Virus record (IMG/VR): IMGVR_UViG_3300024518_001962 | Span: 1 to 60,755 of that record | DNA from: a virus | Taxonomy: Duplodnaviria > Caudoviricetes | Strand: one strand, 5' to 3' | Length of the DNA stretch: 60,755 nucleotides | Shown here: positions 34,933-44,847 of the stretch, piece by piece | How positions within the stretch are numbered: position 1 is the first letter of the stretch | Layout of the letters: the number at the start of each line of letters is the position of its first letter | Translations under genes and position numbers: made by a program | Notes under the pieces: generated by a model | Seen by the model: the letters and a program-made list of their open reading frames with translations, nothing else | What the model was told of the DNA's origin: nothing | The model's database searches: none

Positions 34933-36413
34933 TAGGAATTCCTCCCCCTATCGTCATAATACCCAATACACGTAGCGTAGCCGTCCATCGAGGCGTTCGT
35001 GTCCATCCTGAACCCTATCTGGCTTGAAGTGTTAGTCCAAACATTAATCCTTGCCGCGCTCTGTGAATTTGCCGTATTATTGGCTGCATCTGTCATATTG
35101 TTGCCAGCGCCACTAGCGGTAATATCGTCCATCTCCAGGGAGGTAAGAACTCCCTTGTTCGCCGCGCCACCTTGGGCCTGGAATGTCGCACGAACTATCG
35201 CCTCTAGTTTTATGCCTGCGGGCGAAGTTAGAGTTACCGTTTCTCTTGCGCTTGTGCTAAGGGCGGTGTTTGCGAAGTCGAGTCCGTCCTCTCCACCGTA
35301 ATCGTACATAACCTTACCATCAGCAAACATGGTGAAACCTTTATTCCCATTTGACGAAACGCGCCTCCACACAGAACCAATCCGGCGATAAAGAGTGCCG
35401 CCAGTGTCGGAAAGTAGGTTCGATGCAGTTAGGCTCGTATCGAATCCGGCATCAAAGGTGGCGTCACCCGTCTTGGAGACAATGAAAAAGTGATACCAAG
35501 TCTCGTCAGTGAGAGTTAGTCCAGAAGGAAAGCCGCCGTTACCTGTGCCTGTTGCCCAATTAGCATCAATCTGTTTCACGAATGCGGCGAGGGTCATATC
35601 GGTAGTGTCAGCGGCATCACGGCACTCGATAGCTGTTGAGTTAATGTCGTTCGCGGCGTCTGTACCCGGAACTAAAATGCCACCAAAGATATGTCCCTTC
35701 GGCATTGAGGCGGCAGCGTCAACATACGCTTTAACACTCTGCTGGCTCGCCGCCGCGATTGCGCTATCTGAAGACATGTCATCTTGATCGAGGAATGCCG
35801 TGCCGCTCAATGTTCCATTAAGGACAGGGGATGTCATTGTCTTGGCTGCCAGTGTTTGCGTGTCGGTTGTTCCGACAACCGCGCCAGTCGGCGCGGCTAC
35901 TGCGCTCGATGTTCCGCCAGTTATTTTAAGAAGACCACTAAATGCGGATGCATCAATTTCAAGACCGCCCTGCTCGTGTTTCAGGGTGCCCGTCCCGATA
36001 GAGTCAGCGTTCAGGATAACCTGGTGAACTTCGTCTGACCCATCGCAATACACGAGGGCCAGATCGCCGTTGGCAATCGTGACAGTAGCGGCGCCGGAGC
36101 CTTGCTTAATAATAATAGACTGACCGGTGGAATTCTTCATGACCCACATTTGCTGGGCATCCGTGGCCGCAACCGTAAGCGTTCTCGTGGTGGTTAGTGT
36201 TCCGGTAAACAGAACCACCTTGTGCCGAATGCCAGCACTTGCGCCATCAGTCATCGTAAGGGTGGCATCAGCATCAGCAAGCGCAATAGTGGCTACACCA
36301 CTGGCCATTTCTTCGATTAACTCGAAATCGGTGTTAGCCGTATCGCCCCACGCACCTGATTGTTCGCCGGTAGTTGGCTTTTCGATTCCGTTTGGTGTGT
36401 ACGTGGAAGCCAT
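34932..36413 (-). CDS. Tail fibre protein
   Basis: MASTYT...GEQSGAWGDTAN; VGTTDTQTL..KT.TSP; DEDDM-like LDQDDMSSDS..A.ASQQSVKAYVD; YRRIGS. Confidence 0.8.
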   Translation of the reverse strand: MASTYTPNGIEKPTTGEQSGAWGDTANTDFELIEEMASGVATIALADADATLTMTDGASAGIRHKVVLFTGTLTTTRTLTVAATDAQQMWVMKNSTGQSIIIKQGSGAATVTIANGDLALVYCDGSDEVHQVILNADSIGTGTLKHEQGGLEIDASAFSGLLKITGGTSSAVAAPTGAVVGTTDTQTLAAKTMTSPVLNGTLSGTAFLDQDDMSSDSAIAAASQQSVKAYVDAAASMPKGHIFGGILVPGTDAANDINSTAIECRDAADTTDMTLAAFVKQIDANWATGTGNGGFPSGLTLTDETWYHFFIVSKTGDATFDAGFDTSLTASNLLSDTGGTLYRRIGSVWRRVSSNGNKGFTMFADGKVMYDYGGEDGLDFANTALSTSARETVTLTSPAGIKLEAIVRATFQAQGGAANKGVLTSLEMDDITASGAGNNMTDAANNTANSQSAARINVWTNTSSQIGFRMDTNASMDGYATCIGYYDDRGRNS

Positions 36414-36416
36414 AGT

Positions 36417-36554
36417 TTACTCCTTTTCTTCCGGTGCGCGTGGGCCGCTCGTGGATTTTTCTTCCTCGGTCACGACCACTTGAACGCTACCAACCTGAAT
36501 GTCAGTGCTATACCCTTCCATACTCGCTGGCTTTGGAGCCTCTTTTTCGCTCAT
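36417..36554 (-). CDS. Small hypothetical virion-module protein
   Basis: MSEKEAPK...QVGSVQVVV. Confidence 0.45.
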   Translation of the reverse strand: MSEKEAPKPASMEGYSTDIQVGSVQVVVTEEEKSTSGPRAPEEKE

Positions 36555-36555
36555 T

Positions 36556-37197
36556 TCATTCTCCAGTCCATGTTGCTGTTTGTGCGCCCGGAACATCTGT
36601 CCAGGCATTCGCAACGCCTTCGTCCTCATCTAACCAAATAGTTTCTGGCTGCTCTGAAACATCGCCCCACCCAGGGCCAAATACCAGAAGGGAACCAACA
36701 CTCATTGTCCCTTCAACACCCAGAACACTAAAACTTCCAGTGCCTGATGGTGTTCCTATCGCGCCAGTTCCAATAGCCGGTACCACCGAAGTGGTTGCAT
36801 CTACTTCCTCTTCAACACTTCCTATCGATCCCGTTCCCTCGGAACCCGGAACACTGAAACTTCCAACGTCCGGTGATGGCGTTCCTACCGCCGCCGTTCC
36901 AACTGCCGGGACAACCGCTGTCGTTGCCCCGATATTGACCGTGACGCTTCCTACTGCCCCAGTTCCTTCCACGCCAACGATTGATGTGGTAGCTACGACA
37001 TCATGTGATGTGCTACCAACTGCCGCCGTCCCTACTGCCGGAATTACCGCTGTTGTGGCCGATATATCGACTACAACAGATCCGACACTTACCGTTCCAA
37101 CCGCTGCAACAACGTCATCACTCTGCGAGTTGCCCCAGGTGTTGTTGCCCCATGTCCCGGCACTCCAACCCGTTCCACCTATCTGGAGGTCGGCCAT
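36556..37197 (-). CDS. Virion protein with repeated VxPAVGTxAVG beta-strand units
   Basis: GWSAGTWGNNTWG then multiple TAVxPAVGTAAVG / GVEGTGAVG repeats. Confidence 0.7.
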   Translation of the reverse strand: MADLQIGGTGWSAGTWGNNTWGNSQSDDVVAAVGTVSVGSVVVDISATTAVIPAVGTAAVGSTSHDVVATTSIVGVEGTGAVGSVTVNIGATTAVVPAVGTAAVGTPSPDVGSFSVPGSEGTGSIGSVEEEVDATTSVVPAIGTGAIGTPSGTGSFSVLGVEGTMSVGSLLVFGPGWGDVSEQPETIWLDEDEGVANAWTDVPGAQTATWTGE

Positions 37198-37207
37198 GAC
37201 TCACCCC

Positions 37208-37669
37208 CTACGCGATACGAATAATAGCGTTGCTCGCATCTGCAGTAGGAAATACGATGGTTAGCGTTCCGCCAGTCACCGTTTGGGTGCCGCCAAAGTC
37301 GATGATGCACACCGCTGCGTTCGACAGCGATGTGTTGTAGATCATCGCTCCACCCGTGCTTAGTGTGGTGGAGATCGTCCAGGCCGCATCAGCGAAATCG
37401 ACATACGCTGTAGTGCCAGAGTTAGCTACAACCTGACTCAATAGCGTGTATCCACCGGCCGAATAGCCAGTCCCGCTCGACTCGGCCGAGTCTCCGGTGA
37501 TGTCTGAGTAGTTCGTTGATGCCGCATCGAACGTAGCAGACGGAATTGAGGCTTCAGGGAGAATCAGCGCGATCTTAAACGTGTTACCAGAGGTGTCCAG
37601 ATCGTGACTGCCGCCAAGAAGCTCATCCTTGAAAGAAGTACACATTGCACTCGTAATTGTTCCAGCCAT
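37208..37669 (-). CDS. Conserved virion structural protein
   Basis: SAMCTSFKDELLGGSHD...FKIAL...GTGYSAGG..L...AYVDFAD..W...DFGG...FPTADASNAIIRIA. Confidence 0.75.
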   Translation of the reverse strand: MAGTITSAMCTSFKDELLGGSHDLDTSGNTFKIALILPEASIPSATFDAASTNYSDITGDSAESSGTGYSAGGYTLLSQVVANSGTTAYVDFADAAWTISTTLSTGGAMIYNTSLSNAAVCIIDFGGTQTVTGGTLTIVFPTADASNAIIRIA

Positions 37670-37681
37670 CGTCTTACTCCT

Positions 37682-38674
37682 TTAGTCTGGCTCTACTCTG
37701 GCGTTGTCATATCGCCGCTCTTCCATTCGACCCCGGCCTTGGTACCGAACCTTTAGCCTGGCCATTACTTTTTCAAATCGCTCATCCATCTTGTCGAGGA
37801 GTGTGTTTTCCCCGGCATCTTCCTTCATAAATATATACGCCTCGCACATGCACCCATAGAAGATGGCTGTTTCTGCATTGTCGCCAATCCATGAGGTGCC
37901 GCCGTTTGTGTATTTCGCGGTGACTGCGCTTCCGCCACCGGCCGTGGCACCCGTGGTGGCGCCAGACTGAACGGCTGGATCATTTGACTTCACAACAATG
38001 TCGTACGTGTTGGTGGTCACGTTCTGAATATTATGCGGCAAGGTCGTATTGATGACCGCGGCCGCAATGCCATCCACTGCCTCGGCGGCCGCCAGCGTAA
38101 CCAATGTTTGCTCGTTCGCTCCATGGGCCGTATCAGTCACCGTGATGGTCGAGGATCCGGCCGATCCGGTAAGAAGTGGGCTTGCGCCAAGCGTCACGGA
38201 ACGGAAAGTAGTTACTTCCGTTAGCGAGGCAGGTTGGTAATAATAACCAAGCCGACAGGCGTATGCCTTATCAGGAACCGGCCCCACTTGGATCGTACTT
38301 CCCACTGAGGTCGAAGTAGAGAGCTCCGCATCGTAATCAGCATAATATTTTGGAACATCTCGGCTCCCAACGTCCGTAGGATTTCTGGTGTAGTCATCCA
38401 CAAATGTTGCGTGTTTCTTCTTGAGTGGTACCTCTCTTCCATCATCCAATGTCACCATAAGGAAAATGGAGTTCAGATACTTCTCTGGGAGCGTCAGGAA
38501 CTTGTTCCCGATAGTGAGCGCGGATGTCTCGGTCTTCTTGAACAGGTTTAATTCAAGTTGTTCGAAAATTCGCTCCTCAGTCGCTCGGATAAAATCATCT
38601 ATCTCGGCCACGAAAGTGGATTCGGTGTTCTCGGTGTAGTCTTGAATTCTCTGTTTTAGCTCAAAATAATTCAT
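37682..38674 (-). CDS. Head-tail adaptor-like protein with inserted beta domain
   Basis: MNYFELKQRIQDYTENTE..FV...PKYYA...GPVPDKAY...YYYQPASL; W.GDNA...FYGCMCEAYIFMK. Confidence 0.75.
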   Translation of the reverse strand: MNYFELKQRIQDYTENTESTFVAEIDDFIRATEERIFEQLELNLFKKTETSALTIGNKFLTLPEKYLNSIFLMVTLDDGREVPLKKKHATFVDDYTRNPTDVGSRDVPKYYADYDAELSTSTSVGSTIQVGPVPDKAYACRLGYYYQPASLTEVTTFRSVTLGASPLLTGSAGSSTITVTDTAHGANEQTLVTLAAAEAVDGIAAAVINTTLPHNIQNVTTNTYDIVVKSNDPAVQSGATTGATAGGGSAVTAKYTNGGTSWIGDNAETAIFYGCMCEAYIFMKEDAGENTLLDKMDERFEKVMARLKVRYQGRGRMEERRYDNARVEPD

Positions 38675-38985
38675 GATGTTGTCACCGTCACTCGGCCTAT
38701 GATCCCAAACCCGTAAATCTTTTTACGTGGCAAAAGATCCGAACCAATACTGCCCAGATATATCTCGTAAGGTTCCACGCGATCCGGGCGAGCGTCTTTA
38801 AGAGCTTCTGGATCAGTCGTAAGGTGGATCGGAAAAAGTTGTGGATGCTTGACTTCATAACATTCCTCCAAACAGACCATCAGGCCGTTCCACTCTTTTT
38901 TTAAAGTGCTGAGTGGATACCAAAAGCCACATCGGTCGCAAACACCACGAGCGAATTTTCCTGTAGCAAATGCCTTGATAGCCAT
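38671..38985 (-). CDS. Conserved zinc-ribbon virion-module protein
   Basis: FATGKFARGVCDRCGF.Y...LKKEWNGLMVC..C.E.KHPQL. Confidence 0.75.
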   Translation of the reverse strand: MAIKAFATGKFARGVCDRCGFWYPLSTLKKEWNGLMVCLEECYEVKHPQLFPIHLTTDPEALKDARPDRVEPYEIYLGSIGSDLLPRKKIYGFGIIGRVTVTTS

Positions 38986-39659
38986 TACCTGAATACCCTG
39001 TAATAAATAGCCGTATCGGCTGTAATTTGAAATGCGGCCCTATCTCTATCCTCTGCGGCCGCTTCGTCCCAAGACACAGTTGACTTCGACTCAAGAACGG
39101 CAGTCCTGTCCGGGGCTTTCTTGTACGAAAGTCTGGCCGCCAGGTCAGCACAAAAGGCATCATAAAACCTGAATGGAATCGCAACGGAATCCCTCGGGCT
39201 TACGATATCCTCGATCCTGGTCAGACAGTCGTACCTGAATACGTCAGTTGAATTTTCTGGCGTTGGATATAATTTCAAATTTGGAATTATCTGACGATCA
39301 AGATACCACTGGCTGGGCCGGCCTGCGGTGGTCTTCACGGGAATGGTTTGCCACTCTTCCCGGCTAATCCGCTCCATACTCAGGTCTGAGGTTGACCGAA
39401 CGATGACCGCAGAAATGATGTCAACGATATCATTCTCGAGAATGTATTCGTTTGTGGTGGCTTCTGTTGTTAGCTCGCGCTGCTTGACAGTCCAGAGGTT
39501 AATTCCCTTGTTGGCCCACGAAGAGAACATGAGATTCATCGACCTCATGGAGCTCTCTAAGTCATAACCAACTCGGGACTCTCTTCCGCATCTTTCGTAA
39601 GCCTCTTCAACTGCCTCCGCGGCATCGAACGTAAATACTTTCGTTCCGCTAGTGGCCAT
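38985..39659 (-). CDS. Head-tail adaptor / tail tubular protein A-like
   Basis: MATSGT..F...VEEAYERCG...RSMNLMFSSWANKGINLWT...GRPSQWYLDRQ...PFRFY. Confidence 0.8.
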   Translation of the reverse strand: MATSGTKVFTFDAAEAVEEAYERCGRESRVGYDLESSMRSMNLMFSSWANKGINLWTVKQRELTTEATTNEYILENDIVDIISAVIVRSTSDLSMERISREEWQTIPVKTTAGRPSQWYLDRQIIPNLKLYPTPENSTDVFRYDCLTRIEDIVSPRDSVAIPFRFYDAFCADLAARLSYKKAPDRTAVLESKSTVSWDEAAAEDRDRAAFQITADTAIYYRVFR

Positions 39660-39670
39660 TGTCTTTTACC

Positions 39671-40108
39671 TTATGAACCGGCGTATTTCTTTTCCATCAC
39701 CAAAGTAACGGAGTAAGAATCACCAGCATCCGCAGCGGCAGCCAAAACCAAGAAGTCAATGTCGCCGTCCCATCCGGTGGCCTTAGGATTCTTTAGACCG
39801 CCGATGTCTGAATAATCGAGTACGCCAGAGTCGGAACCACCATTAACCCCAAGAGTAACCATGGGTTCATTGGTGGTCGCACTCCAAAGGATACGAACAG
39901 GCATACCGCTAGTGGCGAATATGATTTTCATGACACGAACTTCATCACAGACTTGCTCGCCTCCGATACCTTGGAGTGGGGCAAGAGCGGAAACGTCCAC
40001 CTTTTTTACGGCGGTTCCCTCGCCAGTTCCGTCACTGATGCTAGTGAAATGCATGATAGCCTTTTTAGGGCCATCCTGAATCGTTTGAGAAGTTACTGTA
40101 TCGGTCAT
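39671..40108 (-). CDS. Virion structural protein
   Basis: DTVTSQTIQDG...FTSISDGTGE..V.KVDVSAL. Confidence 0.7.
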   Translation of the reverse strand: MTDTVTSQTIQDGPKKAIMHFTSISDGTGEGTAVKKVDVSALAPLQGIGGEQVCDEVRVMKIIFATSGMPVRILWSATTNEPMVTLGVNGGSDSGVLDYSDIGGLKNPKATGWDGDIDFLVLAAAADAGDSYSVTLVMEKKYAGS

Positions 40109-40131
40109 GCCTTAATCCCCCCTTCCTGGGT

Positions 40132-40153
40132 GGGGCGACCCGAAGGCCGCCCC
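40132..40153 (-). promoter_or_regulatory. C(UUCG)G tetraloop hairpin
   Basis: GGGGCGGCC-TTCG-GGTCGCCCC; no U-tract. Confidence 0.5.
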
Positions 40154-40159
40154 TCAGGA

Positions 40160-41101
40160 TTAAGCTTCGTCAACAGTGGCGGTGATGTTGGTGTTGAGGC
40201 CAACCTCGCCGTCAGCGTTACAAATCGGAAGAGGCTGAAAGAACTGCATATCAGCACCCACGAGAGCTTCAGTGACGTTAGCTGCGTTGTCGGCCACACG
40301 AATGTTGATGTTCGGGCCGATATTACCAGTCGAAGTCGCAACCATCGTGACAGCCACATCCGCGGCGTTGCGTGTGCGAATGTAGTTCTGACCTGGGCCA
40401 CCACCAATCGTGGTATTGACCGAAGCAGTGGTGACATTCTCGATGGCCGCTGTACCGAAGTTCCCATCAATCCAGAAATCCTCGATAGTGGCGTTATCAC
40501 CACCGACAAGCTGAAGCGCAGACTCTGCGCCGGCAGCCGCCGCGCCTTCGTGACGCCAGCCAGAGATGACGAGATCGTCAGCGTTGGCATCAGCCACAAT
40601 AAAGTCAGTTGCCTGCCCGGTCACATCCTTGGTCAGAATGTCGATCAACTTACAACCAGCGGCGTTGATGTCGATAGGCCCGGTAAGGGCATCGAATCCA
40701 CCAGTAAACTGGAAGTTCACCATCACCGTGTTGGCGGCATCAACGTCCATGTCAGCACCGACAGCCGTGGTGAAGTTGACCTTTGGCTTTAATGAACCGT
40801 AACCAAGGCCAATCCAGGTGACGCCTGCCACGCTATGAACGAAGCCAGCGGCAGCGATCACCGTTTCAACGTGACCCGGCAGAACGATAACCATGTCACC
40901 CTGACTGGCTTTCATTCTGGCGGCCGCATACACCATCGTAGACCATGCGTGATCGGGATCTTGACCGTTATTGCTATTCGATGCGCCTGCGCGAGTCGAA
41001 CTAACAAAACGGACGTTACCTGTGGTGGATGGAATAGACCCACCACCAAGTTGAAGGATTCCAAAGCTAGTGACACCGTTTGGATAATTTGTTGGAGGCA
41101 T
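40160..41101 (-). CDS. Virion protein following MCP (possible beta-helical head fibre/decoration)
   Basis: TNYPNGVTSFG...FVSS...NGQDPDHAWST...GDMVIVLPGHVET. Confidence 0.65.
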   Translation of the reverse strand: MPPTNYPNGVTSFGILQLGGGSIPSTTGNVRFVSSTRAGASNSNNGQDPDHAWSTMVYAAARMKASQGDMVIVLPGHVETVIAAAGFVHSVAGVTWIGLGYGSLKPKVNFTTAVGADMDVDAANTVMVNFQFTGGFDALTGPIDINAAGCKLIDILTKDVTGQATDFIVADANADDLVISGWRHEGAAAAGAESALQLVGGDNATIEDFWIDGNFGTAAIENVTTASVNTTIGGGPGQNYIRTRNAADVAVTMVATSTGNIGPNINIRVADNAANVTEALVGADMQFFQPLPICNADGEVGLNTNITATVDEA

Positions 41102-41177
41102 TACTATTTCTCCTATCTCAGGAACGTCAAGGCCTCTTCACCAAGCCGCCAAGGGGAATCAAACCCCAACTTACCCT

Positions 41178-41207
41178 AAGAAAGAGGCCGGGGTTTCCCC
41201 CGGCCCC
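41178..41207 (-). terminator. Rho-independent terminator after MCP
   Basis: GGGGCCGGGG-GAAA-CCCCGGCCTC-TTTCTT. Confidence 0.75.
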
Positions 41208-41213
41208 AGATAC

Positions 41214-42122
41214 TTACGCGCCCGGAGAACCGTAGATCCCGCGAGGGTCAGACCAACCGAAGACATAACGCTCACGACACTTGTATCGCATGTTGCCGGT
41301 GTCGAAATCGCCTTCCATCTTCGTGCTGAGTTTGGTGCGCTCGAAACACTTCATGGCGTTCGGAGCATCGGTCTTCAAGAACCAAGCATCCGTATCCGTC
41401 AAGAAGTGGTTGACCGCGAAGCCGCCAGGAACCACGTTCTGGTTCTTGATCGAGTTCAGGTCGTTGTTCGCAGTCTCAACGCGCAGGTTGGTATTCAAAA
41501 GCCTGTCCACCACGAACATAAGCTGTGGCGGGACAACCAGTTTCTGCGCCTTGAGGGCTGTGGTTAATCCGCGCTCGTCCGTGAACAGCGAGATGTCGAT
41601 CACGGCGTTCTCAAGCGAGGTTTCATTGAGGTCTGCGGCAGTAGTCGGCTCGTTGGCCCACGTTCCGCCAGCAGTCAGTGGATGAAGAGCGGAGATCATT
41701 TCGAGGCCATCTCCACCCAGATAGGAGGCGTTGAATGCGCGGTTGAATACCGCGGCGCCCTTGACGTTTTTCGTGTACGCCATCGACCTGGCCATGGCCT
41801 TGGTATAACGCTTGGAAATCGAGTCGTAGAGGTTGTCCTCGACAGCTTCCTCGGTGAGAGCAAAGGCCAGCGAGATGGTTTCGTGAGTGTAACGTGCAGT
41901 CCACGCCTCACGGGCATCATCGTACTGGGTTCCCTGTCCCTCAGCCTTGACAGGAGCGTTGCCGAAACCAACCATCATGACTTCTTCCTCAAAAGCACGA
42001 ACGGATGTCTCTTTGTCGAAGAGTTCCTCATGCTCCTGATCGTAACGGTTGTACTCCAGACCAAAGAGAACATTAAGACCAGGCTCAAGCTCTTTAGCCA
42101 GTTGCGCTCTATTAATAGCCAT
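41214..42122 (-). CDS. Major capsid protein
   Basis: MAINRAQLAKELEPGLNVLFGLEY...ARYTHETISLAF..TEEAVEDNLYD...DFDTGNMRYKCRERY.FGWSDPRG. Confidence 0.9.
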   Translation of the reverse strand: MAINRAQLAKELEPGLNVLFGLEYNRYDQEHEELFDKETSVRAFEEEVMMVGFGNAPVKAEGQGTQYDDAREAWTARYTHETISLAFALTEEAVEDNLYDSISKRYTKAMARSMAYTKNVKGAAVFNRAFNASYLGGDGLEMISALHPLTAGGTWANEPTTAADLNETSLENAVIDISLFTDERGLTTALKAQKLVVPPQLMFVVDRLLNTNLRVETANNDLNSIKNQNVVPGGFAVNHFLTDTDAWFLKTDAPNAMKCFERTKLSTKMEGDFDTGNMRYKCRERYVFGWSDPRGIYGSPGA

Positions 42123-42150
42123 GTTTCAAATTCCTTTCTTTTCAGTTGAC

Positions 42151-42744
42151 TTAGATGCCGTCAACACCAACGCTTTTCAATGTGTGGTTATTAATCACGA
42201 CATAGGCGTTGCCATTGACAACAGTCTGATCCCTATTTTCATCGTCCGTGGAAAGCCCGATGATTTTGAGAGGATCAGTCGAGGTAGTAGCCACCTCGGA
42301 ATGATCAAGCTCGAAACGAGAGGTTCCGCTGTTCGTGTCACCATCGGTAATCGTGATGGTGGCGTTGCTGAACACATCCGCGATTGTCAGGATCCCATCA
42401 CACTGAACCTCAAACACAACCATCGGATCATCGCAAATCAAAGCCTCGATAATGCCAACAGTGATGTTCGTGGAGTCAGGATAATAGGCCTTCCATGTCG
42501 GAGTGCCGGAGCCGGGGTCAACGTAATTGCACCCCATGAACACGCCAAGCGTGTCAACAGTCGGAGCTGCCTCGCCAAGCCGGATATATCCGGTGGCCAG
42601 GGGTTGAACGGTATCTCCAGTGAAAATACCGCTATTCGCTGAGTTGTAGTTGTCAGCGATCTGATACGGGTTCACCGCGCCAGTGTAAACGCCACCAAGC
42701 GTCCTGACGGGTTTGAGTCCAAAAGGTCTATCTTTATTCGCCAT
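42151..42744 (-). CDS. Capsid-associated protein (minor capsid/decoration)
   Basis: MANKDRPFGLKPV...GVFMGCNYVDP...DDPMVVFEVQ; directly upstream of MCP. Confidence 0.7.
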   Translation of the reverse strand: MANKDRPFGLKPVRTLGGVYTGAVNPYQIADNYNSANSGIFTGDTVQPLATGYIRLGEAAPTVDTLGVFMGCNYVDPGSGTPTWKAYYPDSTNITVGIIEALICDDPMVVFEVQCDGILTIADVFSNATITITDGDTNSGTSRFELDHSEVATTSTDPLKIIGLSTDDENRDQTVVNGNAYVVINNHTLKSVGVDGI

Positions 42745-42780
42745 GATATTCTTTTCCTTAGGTTAGGTTATAAGTGTTCC

Positions 42781-43359
42781 CTATTGACGGCCGCCGCCAA
42801 ACGTCACTTGCGAATGGCGTTGCGAATTGTCAAAAGGCATCCTTGGGTCATTGGCCTTCAAGAGGTCATTATCCACTGCGCGATCGGCATCATCGCTTCT
42901 CGCGTTGAAGTACGCTTCTCGTTGCTTCACGATTTCCACCGGAATCCGACAAAGAATCAAACCGCCAGTCGTAAAGGTACCGGCGTGTTTTCCGTGCGTA
43001 CCGTCAAGAACGGTACACTCAAAGTCGGGATAGGCATCTTGTGGAACGGGTTCGTAGCCTTCCCTGAATCTCGCGGCAAGGTTTTTGTGATCAACGGTGC
43101 CGTTGACTTCATACCGGATCCACCTGTGGTGATATCCCATCTCTGGGGTTGGGGCATCTAGGAGTTGAGGTGGCTTCCAGGAAGCCACTCGTTTCTCTGA
43201 ATCCCTTGTCTCCGATACCCTAGAGGCTCGTTCCGATTCCTCTGGATCCTGCGTTGGTGCGGGGGTGAGAACTTCAGTCGCTCCAGCAGCGAGTTGCGCC
43301 GTAGGATTATCGTCTTGGTTCTCGTCCAACCCGAAGGTCACTTCTCCATCATTAGGCAT
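42781..43359 (-). CDS. Conserved head-module protein
   Basis: WKPPQLLDAP.P..GY.HRWIR...REGYEPV...GGLILCRIP.E...R..YF. Confidence 0.75.
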   Translation of the reverse strand: MPNDGEVTFGLDENQDDNPTAQLAAGATEVLTPAPTQDPEESERASRVSETRDSEKRVASWKPPQLLDAPTPEMGYHHRWIRYEVNGTVDHKNLAARFREGYEPVPQDAYPDFECTVLDGTHGKHAGTFTTGGLILCRIPVEIVKQREAYFNARSDDADRAVDNDLLKANDPRMPFDNSQRHSQVTFGGGRQ

Positions 43360-44359
43360 TAGCAGCCCTTTCCCTAGCTAGACGAGCCTTCTCGCGCGCA
43401 TATGCCTCGTTGGGAATCCCAAGAGACTCTGCGACCGTTTGCTCGCTAGTAGTGACAACAGTTTTCGTGCGTTTAGTTGCAGACCCGGATGCATTACCAG
43501 CAGGAGCCACGGTCTGTCTTGGCTTTGGCCTGCCTACTTCTTCAGGTGCGCCAGGTTCGGCGGATGATGCGGGTGCGCGTTTCTTGAACATGTGTGGAAA
43601 CATGCCCTGAACACGTTTTTCAACTTCAATATAGTATTCATCGCTCTTTGGGTCAAATCCTTCTTTGTTGACCATATTGAAATGCTGTTGCATTGCATAG
43701 TCGGTCATTCCCTCGTGGGCACCGAACCATTCAGTTTTTTCAGCCCATGCAACAGCTTTTTGGTCGAGTTCTTCGGCAGGCGCCGCTGCGGCGGCCGCTG
43801 GGGCGGCTGGCGCATCTTCCTCTAGCACATCTTCTTCTTTTTTCGCCGCGGCATTCCTTTTGGCCCTCATGATTGCATTTTTATCTGCTGATAATTGGCC
43901 AATAAGTTCATTGGCATCAGCCATGCCATCTGCGTCTTCGTCTTCATAGGCATTTTTGTAAGCCGTCTTGGCCTCAGCCATCTGGCTTTTATTTCTCTCC
44001 TCGGCCTCTGTCAGGGTGTGATCCTCTTGCCCCGCCAGCCTTTTCTTTAGGATTTCGTTCTCCTGATGGACGGTTTTGGCGTAATTCAACGCCTCATCAG
44101 CGACTCGCCCACTTTCCTTCTTTTCGTAGGTTAGTTGGTTGATTCTTTTTCGAACCCTCTCACCAGTACCAACCAATTCGTCCGTAACGTCATCATCCGC
44201 TGCGGCAGGTGCCTCTTCGTCTACCTGGGTGGCCTCATCCTTTTCCTCATCAACCTCAAAAATAATATCCTTTTCTGGTTCTGATTCCGAATTGGCGGAA
44301 AAAACCTCTACCTCTTCCCCTTGTTCCACCTGTCCCACAACTTCATCTTCGCCTGGCAT
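43352..44359 (-). CDS. Capsid scaffolding protein
   Basis: Acidic N-terminus, VRKRINQLT coiled coil, KAVAWAEKTEWFG...SDEYY, C-terminal SEQTVAESLGIPNEAYA; lies between portal and MCP. Confidence 0.75.
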   Translation of the reverse strand: MPGEDEVVGQVEQGEEVEVFSANSESEPEKDIIFEVDEEKDEATQVDEEAPAAADDDVTDELVGTGERVRKRINQLTYEKKESGRVADEALNYAKTVHQENEILKKRLAGQEDHTLTEAEERNKSQMAEAKTAYKNAYEDEDADGMADANELIGQLSADKNAIMRAKRNAAAKKEEDVLEEDAPAAPAAAAAAPAEELDQKAVAWAEKTEWFGAHEGMTDYAMQQHFNMVNKEGFDPKSDEYYIEVEKRVQGMFPHMFKKRAPASSAEPGAPEEVGRPKPRQTVAPAGNASGSATKRTKTVVTTSEQTVAESLGIPNEAYAREKARLARERAANA

Positions 44360-44370
44360 GGCGTTTCTCC

Positions 44371-44847
44371 TTATAGCGTCCTGACATCATCAGGATCGAG
44401 AACTTTTGCGATGACCTCATCATCGTTGATAATGCGAACCTCAGGATTTTCTCCCGTGTCGAAATAAAGCCTGAACCTTGCACCGGCATACTTGCCGATA
44501 ACTACCCAATCACCCTCTTCGCACCACGGCTTAATGGTGCCATCGGGTTCCGGGTCGAATTTGCGAGGATTTTTGTAACAAACAGAACCCATCTTCATGA
44601 CCTTCCCGATAACCGTGGCCAAGGCCTCCTTTGCGGTACCCGAATCCGCCAAGTGAAGTCCACCTTTTGATACCTTCGCTCCAACATACGGACGGATGAG
44701 TATTCTCCATCCAACCGGATCTGGGATGTGCGCCCACATTTCAGTGTCGGCCGGATCGAGGTCTACTTCCGGTTCTGGCGGAACAAATGCGGTTCCGAAT
44801 CGCTTTTCCATCTCCTCGGTACTTAATAGTTCAGGTGTATTAGCCAT
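44371..44847 (-). CDS. groES: Co-chaperonin GroES (Cpn10)
   Basis: PVGWRILIRP...SKGGLHL...GKVMKMG...PWCEEGDWVVIGKYAG...RIINDDEVIA. Confidence 0.9.
   Translation of the reverse strand: MANTPELLSTEEMEKRFGTAFVPPEPEVDLDPADTEMWAHIPDPVGWRILIRPYVGAKVSKGGLHLADSGTAKEALATVIGKVMKMGSVCYKNPRKFDPEPDGTIKPWCEEGDWVVIGKYAGARFRLYFDTGENPEVRIINDDEVIAKVLDPDDVRTL

Noticed and set aside
40105-40599. 164-aa alternative-frame ORF as a frameshift extension
   Set aside because: Ser/Arg/Thr-rich shadow composition; no slippery site or SD recognised
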